Shown here one piece after another: positions 10,610 to 19,215 of a stretch of 64,000 nt of DNA. Numbering within the stretch: the first letter of the stretch is position 1; each line of letters opens with the position of its first letter. The notes under the pieces were generated by a model. It was not told the DNA's origin and ran no database searches. It saw nothing but the letters and a program-made list of their open reading frames with translations. The stretch is taken from positions 6,165 through 70,164 of the forward strand of contig JBHYCX010000011.1 of assembly GCA_051861325.1 (NCBI GenBank), in the 5' to 3' direction. This stretch comes from Roseococcus sp. Lineage in GTDB: Bacteria > Pseudomonadota > Alphaproteobacteria > Acetobacterales > Acetobacteraceae. Both the position numbers and the translations under genes were made by a program.

Positions 10610-12175
10610 ATGCTGCGCCCCTACCTGCTGGCCACGGCGCTGCTCGCCGCCGCGATGCCCACCGCCCAGGCCCAGCGGACGCTGAGCATCGGCATGGCCG
10701 GCATCCCCACGGGGATGGACCCGCACTACCACTCCTCCAACAACAACAACGCGCAGCTGCGGCAGATCTTCAACCCGCTGCTCGACCTCGACACGCAAAG
10801 CCGCATCTTCCCCGTGCTGGCCGAGAGCTGGCGCAATGTGGACGACCTCACCTGGGAATTCCGCCTGCGCGAGGGCGTGCGCTTCCATGACGGCACGCCG
10901 CTGGAGGCGGAGGACATCGCCTTCTCCTTCGCCCGCGTGCCGCAGGTGCCCAATTCGCCCGGCCCCTTCACGCCCATGGTCCGCACCATCGCCGAGGTGC
11001 GGATCATGGACCCCCGCACCATCCGGGTGATCACGCGCGAGCCCGCACCCTTCTTCGACCGTGACATCACCTCGATCATGATCCTCTCGCGCCGCATCCA
11101 CGCGAATGCGACGCTGGGCGACTTCAACCAGGGCCGCGCGCTGATCGGCACCGGCGCCTACCGCCATGTCAGCTACGCCCAGGGCGAGCGGCATGAATTC
11201 ACCCGCAACCCCGATTTCTGGGGCCCGCGCCCCGCCTGGGACCGGGTGGTGACGCGCTACATGACGAACAACGGCGCACGCGTGGCGGCCCTGCTGGCTG
11301 GCGACGTGGACCTGATTGACGCCGTGCCGGTGCAGGACGTCCAGCGCCTGTCCAATGATCCGCGCCTCGCCGTCTTCACGGCGGACAGCATCACCACCTC
11401 CTACCTCATGCCCGACACGGTGCGCGACCAGGCGCCCTTCGTGACGGACAAGCAGGGCAACCCCCTGCCCCGCAACCCGCTGCGCGACCTGCGGGTGCGC
11501 CAGGCCATCTCGCTCGCCATCCCGCGCGAGGCGATCGTCAGCCGCCTGCTCGTGGGCCAGGGCCGCGCGGCCGAGCAATTCGCCGCCCCCGCTTTGCCCG
11601 ACCGCGCCCAGGGCCTGCCGCCGATCGTGACCGACCTGGCCCGCGCCCGCGCGCTGCTGGCCGAAGCCGGCTTCCCCGATGGCTTCCGCATGACCATCCA
11701 TGGCCCCAACGGCTTCATCCCCTCCGACGCCGATATCCTGCAGGCCATCGCCCAGGGGCTGACGCGCATCGGCATCGAGACGCGGGTCGAGGTGCTTCCG
11801 CCGGCCAATTTCTTCACCCGCGCCACCGCCCGCGACTTCGGCATGTTCATGACGACCTTCACCACCTCGACCGCCGCCAACATGCTGCGCCAGGTGGTGG
11901 CGACGCGCGATCCCGTCACCGGTTTCGGCCCCTTCAACCGGCAGCACTACTCGAATCCCGCGGTGGATGTGCCGCTCTCCGAGGCGCTGCGCACCATGAA
12001 CCCCGAGCGGCGCAATGCGCTCACCGCGCAGGCCATGCGGGCGGCCACCGATGATCTCGGCGTGATTCCCGTGCATTATCTGCGGGTGAGTTGGGCAGCG
12101 CAGCGGGCGCGGGTGCGTTACGATGCGAGTCCCATCTGGTACACCAACGCTTTGCTGGCCTCGCCCGCCGAGTGA
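10610..12175 (+). CDS. ABC transporter substrate-binding protein, family 5 (peptide/opine)
   Basis: Signal peptide, LAESW..D.TWEFRLREGVRFHDG, GTGAY, RVRQAISLAI. Confidence 0.92.
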   Translation: MLRPYLLATALLAAAMPTAQAQRTLSIGMAGIPTGMDPHYHSSNNNNAQLRQIFNPLLDLDTQSRIFPVLAESWRNVDDLTWEFRLREGVRFHDGTPLEAEDIAFSFARVPQVPNSPGPFTPMVRTIAEVRIMDPRTIRVITREPAPFFDRDITSIMILSRRIHANATLGDFNQGRALIGTGAYRHVSYAQGERHEFTRNPDFWGPRPAWDRVVTRYMTNNGARVAALLAGDVDLIDAVPVQDVQRLSNDPRLAVFTADSITTSYLMPDTVRDQAPFVTDKQGNPLPRNPLRDLRVRQAISLAIPREAIVSRLLVGQGRAAEQFAAPALPDRAQGLPPIVTDLARARALLAEAGFPDGFRMTIHGPNGFIPSDADILQAIAQGLTRIGIETRVEVLPPANFFTRATARDFGMFMTTFTTSTAANMLRQVVATRDPVTGFGPFNRQHYSNPAVDVPLSEALRTMNPERRNALTAQAMRAATDDLGVIPVHYLRVSWAAQRARVRYDASPIWYTNALLASPAE

Positions 12176-12193
12176 CACATCCGAGGTAAGACC

Positions 12194-13480
12194 ATGCCCG
12201 ACAAGTCCATCCGCAACCGCCTGAGCGATGCCGTGGACCGCGCCTTCGACGAGCAGGTCCGCTTCCTGGCCGATATCGTCCGCCACCCCTCACTGCGCGG
12301 GCGGGAGGCGCCGCTGCAGGACCACATGGCCCGCTGGTTCAACGCCCGCGGCTATTCGGTGGACCGATTCTCGCTGGCCGACGTGCCGCTCGCCGAGCAC
12401 CCGAAGGCGAGCCCGATGGTGGATGTGGACCCCGCCGGCTCCTTCCAGGTCGTCGCCTCCAAGCGGTGCAGCGCGCCGACCGGGCGCAGCCTCATCATCC
12501 AGGGCCATATTGATGTCGTGCCCGAGGGCCCGGCGGAGATGTGGAGCTTTCCCCCCTATGGCGGCACGGTGAAGGATGGCTGGATGTATGGCCGCGGCGC
12601 CAATGACATGAAGGCCGGCGTCTCCGCCATGTGCTTCGCCATGGAGGCGCTGCGCGGGGCCGGCTTCGCGCCCGGCGCCGACATCCACCTCCAGACCGTC
12701 ACGGAGGAGGAGAGCACCGGCAATGGCGCGCTGGCTACCCTGCTGCGCGGCTACCGCGCCGAGGCCTGCCTGATCCCCGAGCCCACCGGCGGCACCATCA
12801 CGCGCGCCCATACGGGCACGATGTGGTTCCGCCTCAAGGTGCGTGGCGTGCCCGTCCATGTCGCCGTCGCGCAATCCGGCAGCAACGCGATCATGAGCGC
12901 CTATCACCTGATCCAGGCCCTGCAGGAGCACACGCGCGCGTTGAACGAGGCGGCCAGGACGCACCCCTGGTATTCGCAGGTCCAGGACCCGATCAAGTTC
13001 AACCCCGGGCAGATCCGCGGCGGCGACTGGGCGAGCTCCACCCCCGCCTGGTGCGAGGTGGATTGCCGCATCGGGCTGCTGCCGGGGCAGGATGTGGCGC
13101 AATGCCAGCGGGCGGTGGAGCAGGCGGTAGCGGCCGCCGCGCGGGCCGACAACTTCCTCTCCAACAACCCGCCCGAGGTGCAGTGGCACGGCTTCCTGGC
13201 CGATGGCTTCGTGCTGGAGCCGGGCAGTGAGGCCGAGCACATCCTGGCCGAGGCGCATCGCTGCGCCTTCGGCACCGAGATGGCGGCGCGGATCACCACC
13301 GCCGTGAACGACACGCGCTTCTACGGCCTGTATTTCGACATGCCCGCCCTCTGCTACGGCCCGAAGGGCGAGAACAACCACGGCTTCGACGAGCGGACCA
13401 ACCTCGAGCAGCTCAAGACCACCACGCTCGCCATGGCGTGCTTCATCGCGGATTGGTGCGGGCTGCAGCCGATCGAATAG
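12194..13480 (+). CDS. ArgE/DapE family (M20) deacylase
   Basis: GHIDVVP, GRGANDMKAG, EEE, EPT. Confidence 0.9.
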   Translation: MPDKSIRNRLSDAVDRAFDEQVRFLADIVRHPSLRGREAPLQDHMARWFNARGYSVDRFSLADVPLAEHPKASPMVDVDPAGSFQVVASKRCSAPTGRSLIIQGHIDVVPEGPAEMWSFPPYGGTVKDGWMYGRGANDMKAGVSAMCFAMEALRGAGFAPGADIHLQTVTEEESTGNGALATLLRGYRAEACLIPEPTGGTITRAHTGTMWFRLKVRGVPVHVAVAQSGSNAIMSAYHLIQALQEHTRALNEAARTHPWYSQVQDPIKFNPGQIRGGDWASSTPAWCEVDCRIGLLPGQDVAQCQRAVEQAVAAAARADNFLSNNPPEVQWHGFLADGFVLEPGSEAEHILAEAHRCAFGTEMAARITTAVNDTRFYGLYFDMPALCYGPKGENNHGFDERTNLEQLKTTTLAMACFIADWCGLQPIE

Positions 13481-13497
13481 GCCAGGAGGGATTTTTT

Positions 13498-13600
13498 GCC
13501 CTCAAGCGCCGGGCGCGGCCTCCGGCCGCTTGGCTTCGCCGCGCTGCTGGTGCGCCGGGCCCTGCGTCCGGTTGGGCGGCGCCGGCCGCTTTGCGGCCGG
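13498..13600 (+). repeat. Structured intergenic repeat, copy A (103 bp)
   Basis: GCCCTCAAGCGCCGGGCG...TTGGCTTCGCCGCGC...TTGGGCGGCGCCGGCCGCTTTGCGGCCGG, colinear with 37798-37900. Confidence 0.9.
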
Positions 13601-13848
13601 ATGAGCTGAGGGGGCCGGTCGGCCCCTCCCGATTCTATCCCCAGCCCCGCACATCCTGTGGATTCGGGGGATGGTTTGGCCCGGGGCCCCTTTCCGCTTC
13701 CCCCCATATCCTGTGGCTGCCATGACACACCCGAGGCGCGTTCGTTGGGTGTCCAGCATGGACTTGGCGGCCCGGCTGGGATATGAACAGACCAAGAACA
13801 TTGGCAGAGTTACAAGACTTTCCCGCAAGGGCGGGATCGGCCGAGCAA

Positions 13849-13895
13849 CCACAGCATGTGGTGGCCGTTCACCCCGGGCTGTCTATATGTAGTTG
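13849..13895 (+). promoter_or_regulatory. Tandem NrdR boxes
   Basis: Cores CAGCATGTGG (13852) and CTATATGTAG (13883) resemble CwAtATaTwG and are 31 bp apart, upstream of nrdA. Confidence 0.7.
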
Positions 13896-13951
13896 CCGCG
13901 AGGATGGGTTTCAGGCATATCGCTGAGCCGGGGAATTGAGGGGGAAGTACC

Positions 13952-15802
13952 GTGTTCGATGCCGTTCAGCTTCAAGGCCATTTTCAGGTGCAGATGGATC
14001 GCAGCCGCGATTCCCTGCTGACCGATTTCGGTCGCGCCACGCTCGATGACCGCTACCTCCTGCCCGGCGAGTCCTACCAGGACCTCTTCGCGCGCGTGGC
14101 CTCGGCCTATGGCGATGACGCCGCACATTCGCAGCGCCTCTACGACTACATCAGCAAGCTCTGGTTCATGCCGGCGACGCCCGTGCTGTCCAATGGCGGC
14201 ACCACCCGCGGCCTGCCCATCTCCTGCTTCCTGAACGAGGCCAATGACAGCCTCGACTCGATCGTGGACCTCTGGAACGAGAATGTCTGGCTCGCCTCCA
14301 AGGGCGGCGGCATCGGCTCCTACTGGGGCAACCTGCGCAGCCTCGGCGAGAAGGTCGGGCAGAACGGCAAGACCTCCGGCATCGTCCCCTTCATCCGCGT
14401 GATGGACAGCCTGACGCTCGCCATTTCCCAGGGCTCGCTGCGCCGCGGCTCGGCCGCGGTCTACCTGCCCGTCTCCCACCCGGAGATCGAGGAATTCATC
14501 GAGATCCGCCGCCCGACCGGCGGCGACCCGAACCGCAAGGCGCTGAACCTGCACCACGGCATCCTGCTGTCGGACAAGTTCATGCGCGCCGTCGAAGCCG
14601 ATGAGGCCTGGGCGCTCACCTCGCCCAAGGATGGCGCCATCGTGCGCACCATCTCGGCCCGCTCGCTCTGGATCCGCATGCTGACCGCCCGCATCGAGAC
14701 GGGCGAGCCCTACTTCATCTACTCCGACCACGTGAACAATGCGCGGCCCGAGCACCACAAGCTCGCGGGTCTCGAGGTGAAGACCTCCAACCTCTGCTCC
14801 GAGATCACGCTGCCCACGGGCATTGATCAGCATGGCCAGCAGCGCACCGCCGTGTGCTGCCTCTCCTCGCTGAACCTCGAGACCTGGATGGAGTGGAAGG
14901 ACGACCCGCTCTTCATCACGGACGTCATGCGTTTCCTGGACAATGTGCTCCAGAACTTCATTGACACCGCGCCGGACAGCATGGCCAAGGCCCGCTATTC
15001 CGCGATGCGCGAGCGCTCGGTCGGCCTCGGCGTCATGGGCTTCCACAGCTTCCTGCAGGGCCTCAACGTGCCCTTCGAGAGCGTGATCGCGAAGGTCTGG
15101 AACAAGAAGATGTTCCGCCATATCCGCACCCAGGCCGACAACGCCTCCCGCCTGCTGGCCGAAGAGCGTGGGCCCTGCCCGGACGCCGCCGAATACGGCT
15201 TCATGGAGCGCTTCTCGAACAAGATGGCGATCGCGCCGACGGCGTCCATCTCCATCATCTGCGGCGGCGCCTCGCCCGGCATCGAACCGATCGCGGCGAA
15301 CGTCTACAACCACAAGACGCTCTCGGGCTCCTACATCGTCCGCAACCCCTATCTGAAGGCGGTGCTGGCGAAGCATGGCCGCGACGATGCCGATACCTGG
15401 ACGACGATCACCGTCAGCAAGGGCTCGGTCCAGCACCTCGACTTCTTGACCGAGCAGGAAAAGGCCGTCTTCAAGACCGCCTTCGAGCTCGACCAGCGCT
15501 GGGTGATCGAACACGCGGCCGACCGGACGCCCTTCATCTGCCAGGCGCAGTCGCTCAACGTCTTCCTGCCGGCCAACGTCCACAAGCGGGACCTGCACCA
15601 GATCCACATGATGGCGTGGAAGAAGGGCGTGAAGTCGCTCTACTACTGCCGCAGCCTCTCCATCCAGCGCGCCGACACCGTCAGCGAAAAGGTGGTGGGC
15701 CAGAGCGACGTCATGACACGCCACAAGGATGACGCGGTTCTGCCGCTGGAAGCACCGGCGCCGGCGTCGACCAATTATGAAGAGTGCTTGGCTTGCCAGT
15801 GA
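13952..15802 (+). CDS. nrdA: Ribonucleoside-diphosphate reductase alpha subunit (class Ia, no ATP cone)
   Basis: PATPVLSN, ISCF, SNLCSEI, APTASIS, KSLYY, C-terminal CLAC. Confidence 0.96.
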   Translation: MFDAVQLQGHFQVQMDRSRDSLLTDFGRATLDDRYLLPGESYQDLFARVASAYGDDAAHSQRLYDYISKLWFMPATPVLSNGGTTRGLPISCFLNEANDSLDSIVDLWNENVWLASKGGGIGSYWGNLRSLGEKVGQNGKTSGIVPFIRVMDSLTLAISQGSLRRGSAAVYLPVSHPEIEEFIEIRRPTGGDPNRKALNLHHGILLSDKFMRAVEADEAWALTSPKDGAIVRTISARSLWIRMLTARIETGEPYFIYSDHVNNARPEHHKLAGLEVKTSNLCSEITLPTGIDQHGQQRTAVCCLSSLNLETWMEWKDDPLFITDVMRFLDNVLQNFIDTAPDSMAKARYSAMRERSVGLGVMGFHSFLQGLNVPFESVIAKVWNKKMFRHIRTQADNASRLLAEERGPCPDAAEYGFMERFSNKMAIAPTASISIICGGASPGIEPIAANVYNHKTLSGSYIVRNPYLKAVLAKHGRDDADTWTTITVSKGSVQHLDFLTEQEKAVFKTAFELDQRWVIEHAADRTPFICQAQSLNVFLPANVHKRDLHQIHMMAWKKGVKSLYYCRSLSIQRADTVSEKVVGQSDVMTRHKDDAVLPLEAPAPASTNYEECLACQ

Positions 15803-15811
15803 AGTTATAAG

Positions 15812-15991
15812 TCAGGGGGCTTTGCCCCCTGGTCCCCAGCAGGAAACTTAGTTTCCTGCACCTTCATTTGATAGATTATTTTGCTTGATAAATTTTGTTG
15901 TTGGTCCTTGCAGCTTTCAGGGCCAAACTATCTTGAACGAAGGTGCAGGAAACTAAGTTTCCTGCCGGGGTTTCAGGGGCAGCGCCCCTGA
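15812..15991. mobile_element. REPIN/MITE-like element, 180 bp, with long terminal inverted repeats
   Basis: Perfect 27-bp inverted repeat (15839-15865 / 15939-15965), extended by imperfect CAGGGG(G)C-NNN-GCCCC(C)TG arms, around an AT-rich core; non-coding. Confidence 0.75.
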
Positions 15992-16023
15992 TCTGCAACA
16001 TCTCAAATCCGGGGCATCCAGCC

Positions 16024-17079
16024 ATGGCTGACGGCATTTCCATTGACGAGCTTCCCGTGAAGTTCGACCTCCTGACCTCCAACCCCGTCTACAAGCCCTT
16101 CCGCTACCCCTGGGCTTACGAGGCGTGGCTCCAGCAGCAGCGCATCCATTGGCTGCCCGAGGAAGTGCCGCTCGCCGATGACGTGAAGGATTGGCAGAAG
16201 AACCTCACCCCCGGTGAGAAGAACCTGCTGACGCAGATCTTCCGCTTCTTCACCCAGGCCGATGTGGAGGTGAACAACTGCTACATGAAGCAGTACAGCC
16301 AGGTCTTCAAGCCGACCGAAGTGCTGATGATGATGTCGGCGTTCTCCAATACCGAGACGATCCACATCGCGGCCTACAGCCACCTGCTCGACACCATCGG
16401 CATGCCCGAGACCGAGTACACCGCCTTCCTCAAGTACAAGGAGATGAAGGACAAGTACGACTACATGCATGCCTTCACGGTGGACAACAAGACCGAGATC
16501 GCCAAGACGCTGGCGGCCTTCGGCGCCTTCACCGAGGGCCTGCAGCTCTTCGCCTCGTTTGCGATCCTCATGAACTTCCCGCGCTTCAACAAGATGAAGG
16601 GCATGGGCCAGGTCGTCAGCTGGTCGGTGCGCGACGAGACGCTGCACTGCCTCTCCGTCATCCGCCTCTTCCGCACCTTCGTGCAGGAGAATCCGGAGAT
16701 CTGGACCGAGGAGCTGCGCCGCGACCTCTACCTCATCTGCGCGACCATCGTGGATCACGAGGACGCCTTCATTGACCTCGCCTTCGAATTGGGCGGCGTT
16801 GAGGGCCTCTCGGCCGAGGATGTGAAGCTCTACATCCGCTTCATCGCCGACCGCCGCCTGCAGCAGCTGGGCCTCGAGTCGCTCTACCACATCGAAAAGA
16901 ACCCGCTCCCCTGGCTGGACGAGATGCTGAACGCCATCGAGCACACGAATTTCTTCGAGAACCGCGCGACCGAATACTCCAAGGCCTCGACGGAAGGTTC
17001 GTGGGAGGATGCCTTCGCGGATGGCACCTTCACCTCGGCCCAGCCCGAGGGTGCCATCGAGCTCGACGCGCGGCACTGA
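16024..17079 (+). CDS. nrdB: Ribonucleoside-diphosphate reductase beta subunit (class Ia)
   Basis: QADVEV (Asp ligand), ETIH..AY (radical Tyr), EGLQLF, RDETLH, NFFE. Confidence 0.96.
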   Translation: MADGISIDELPVKFDLLTSNPVYKPFRYPWAYEAWLQQQRIHWLPEEVPLADDVKDWQKNLTPGEKNLLTQIFRFFTQADVEVNNCYMKQYSQVFKPTEVLMMMSAFSNTETIHIAAYSHLLDTIGMPETEYTAFLKYKEMKDKYDYMHAFTVDNKTEIAKTLAAFGAFTEGLQLFASFAILMNFPRFNKMKGMGQVVSWSVRDETLHCLSVIRLFRTFVQENPEIWTEELRRDLYLICATIVDHEDAFIDLAFELGGVEGLSAEDVKLYIRFIADRRLQQLGLESLYHIEKNPLPWLDEMLNAIEHTNFFENRATEYSKASTEGSWEDAFADGTFTSAQPEGAIELDARH

Positions 17080-17135
17080 CCTGCCCCGCAGGTCCCGCCA
17101 TTGAAGACATGCAGGGGGGAGGCTAACTCCCCCCC

Positions 17136-17834
17136 ATGCTTCGCATCATCCGCATTTCCAGCATCCTCCTGCTGACCCTGGTTGCCGGCATCTGGGCCTA
17201 TGCCTGGGTCAGCAAATCGCCCGGCGAAAGCCTGGGCGAGGCCTTCGCCAACCGCCTCGCCAGCGTCTTCGGCCAGGAGATGGCGGTCCCCACCGCCTCG
17301 GGCGGCGGCGGGATGCAGCTCCCGGCCGGCATGTCGCTCGGTGGCCCCTTCGAGCTGGTGAACCAGGCGGGCCAACCCGTGACCGAGCGCGACTATGCCG
17401 GGCGTTGGCTGCTGGTCTATTTCGGCTTCACCTATTGCCCCGATGTCTGCCCGACCGAGCTCGGCACCATCGCCGCCGCCCTCGATTCGCTGGGCCCGCA
17501 GGGCGAATTGGTCACGCCCCTCCTCATCACCATTGATCCGCAGCGCGACACGCCGGCCCAGCTCGCGGACTATGTCTCGCGCTTCCATCCGCGCATGCAG
17601 GGGCTGACCGGCACGCCCGAGCAGGTGGCCGCCGCCGCCCGCCGCTACCGCGTCTATTTCGCCCGCGTACAGCGGCCGGACATGACGGACTACGTGATGG
17701 ACCATTCGAGCTTCATCTACCTCGTCGGCCCCGACGCGAAGGTGCGCGCCCTCTTCCGCCCGGAGACCAGCCCCGAGGCCATCGCCGCCGCGGTGCAGGC
17801 GCAGCTCCGTGGGGCGCGAAACCCGGGTTCGTGA
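17136..17834 (+). CDS. SCO1/SenC family copper chaperone
   Basis: N-terminal TM, FGFTYCPDVCP, DPQRD, MDHSS. Confidence 0.93.
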   Translation: MLRIIRISSILLLTLVAGIWAYAWVSKSPGESLGEAFANRLASVFGQEMAVPTASGGGGMQLPAGMSLGGPFELVNQAGQPVTERDYAGRWLLVYFGFTYCPDVCPTELGTIAAALDSLGPQGELVTPLLITIDPQRDTPAQLADYVSRFHPRMQGLTGTPEQVAAAARRYRVYFARVQRPDMTDYVMDHSSFIYLVGPDAKVRALFRPETSPEAIAAAVQAQLRGARNPGS

Positions 17835-17913
17835 CCCTTGGCGAGCATCCTCGATTTGGCGCATAACCTTCTTAGATCGTGGCAGTTTGAGTGGGCCACC
17901 AAAGGAGTTTGAC

Positions 17914-18201
17914 ATGGCGGAAGACGATGACCGCACGGAAGGGATGGAAGAGGCCGCCCGTGGCGGCGCAGCCCCCCGCCAGGGGCGTCGCCTGTCGGAC
18001 AAGATCCTCGTCGCCTTCCACCAGGCCTGTGACCAGGCCGATTTCGAGGTGGCCGAGCAATTGCTCCGCGTGCTGGAAATGATGCTGACGCGCCGCCCGG
18101 TCTCGCCCGACATCAACCGCCGCCGCAACATCAAGACGCTGGTGGCCGCGCATGAGCGCCTCTGGCATCTGCGCCACCCGGAGGCGGATGGCGAGCAGTA
18201 G
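17914..18201 (+). CDS. Small soluble hypothetical protein (RRLSDKI..AFH.ACD..D.EVA type)
   Basis: AAGGAG SD, 95-aa helical-looking frame; motif recalled from Rhodospirillales hypotheticals. Confidence 0.75.
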   Translation: MAEDDDRTEGMEEAARGGAAPRQGRRLSDKILVAFHQACDQADFEVAEQLLRVLEMMLTRRPVSPDINRRRNIKTLVAAHERLWHLRHPEADGEQ

Positions 18202-18290
18202 CCCTGCCGCCTTGCCATTCCGCCCCGGATGCGCATCCAATGCGCCATGCACGGGATTCGCTCTGCCGATGAGACAAAGGGCCGCCCGGC

Positions 18291-19004
18291 GTGAGCGGTC
18301 CCACGCGCCTCGCTTTGGTCGAGGATGATCCGCTGCAGCGGCGGATCGTCACCGAATATCTCGCCCAGCACGGGCTGCGCCCCGCCACCTTCGCCTCCGG
18401 CGCCGAGTTCAAGCGCGAACACGCGCAATCCCTGCCCGACCTCGCCCTTTTCGACGTCCATCTGAACGAGGCGGAGGATGGCTTCGCCCTCGCCCGCTGG
18501 GCGCGCGCGCGCTCCTCCCGCATGGGGATCATCATGCTGACGGCGGCGGGCGATACGGTGGACCGCGTCGTCGGCCTCGAATCCGGCGCCGATGACTATG
18601 TCACCAAGCCCTTCGAGCCGCGGGAGCTGCTGGCCCGCATCAAGGCCCTGCTGCGCCGCGCGGCCGAGGCGCCGCCGCCGCCCGCCCTGCTGACGGAGAT
18701 GCGCGTCGGCACCGCGCGGCTGAACCTGGAGCGCCGCGTGCTGATCCTGGCCGATGGCACGGAGGATGTGCTCTCCGCCAGCGAGTTCGACCTGCTGGCC
18801 CTGCTGGTGAAGCACCCCAACCGCCCGCTCTCCCGCGAATGGCTGCTGGAGACGGCGGCGCATCGCGAGGCCGAGGTCTTCGACCGCGCGATTGACAACC
18901 GCATCATGCGCCTGCGCCGCAAGGTCGAAGCGGACCCCGCCAAGCCCGAGGCGATCCGCTCGGTCCGGGGTGTCGGCTACATTTTCGTACCGCCCAAGGA
19001 CTGA
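18291..19004 (+). CDS. OmpR family response regulator (orphan)
   Basis: VEDD, phospho-Asp in LFDV, GADDYVTKPF, wHTH with RSVRGVGY. Confidence 0.93.
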   Translation: MSGPTRLALVEDDPLQRRIVTEYLAQHGLRPATFASGAEFKREHAQSLPDLALFDVHLNEAEDGFALARWARARSSRMGIIMLTAAGDTVDRVVGLESGADDYVTKPFEPRELLARIKALLRRAAEAPPPPALLTEMRVGTARLNLERRVLILADGTEDVLSASEFDLLALLVKHPNRPLSREWLLETAAHREAEVFDRAIDNRIMRLRRKVEADPAKPEAIRSVRGVGYIFVPPKD

Positions 19005-19062
19005 CCCCAGGCACCGGCCGCCAGCACGTTGCGGTTCATGTGCGGCGAGCGCAAAGCGGCCT

Positions 19063-19079
19063 TGTCGGCGGAGTTGACA
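19063..19079. promoter_or_regulatory. Candidate enhancer site for a sigma-54 activator (PrsR-type)
   Basis: 17-bp TGTCGG-N5-TTGACA about 65 bp upstream of the -24/-12 box. Confidence 0.45.
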
Positions 19080-19141
19080 CGCTTGGCCAAGACCGCGCTT
19101 GCCGCTTCAACAAACGTCTGAAAAACCGTTCTTTTCTCATT

Positions 19142-19157
19142 TGGCCCGCTGCTTGCT
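19142..19157 (+). promoter_or_regulatory. Sigma-54 -24/-12 promoter
   Basis: TGGCCCGCTGCTTGCT: GG-N10-GC with TT before GC. Confidence 0.75.
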
Positions 19158-19215
19158 CATGTCCTGTCGCCCGGCGATCGGCGCCGGGCAGGTCTGAGAA
19201 AAAAGGACAATCCCA

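Noticed and set aside
13671-13892. 73-aa ORF/leader peptide upstream of nrdA
   Set aside because: No RBS, atypical codon usage, overlaps the NrdR boxes and promoter region
16024-17079. Unusual RNR class (Ic/Ie) for nrdB
   Set aside because: Asp first ligand, all Glu/His ligands and the radical Tyr are present, so ordinary class Ia
17855-17880. CtrA box upstream of the small hypothetical gene
   Set aside because: Half-sites are degenerate and spaced 5 rather than 7 nt
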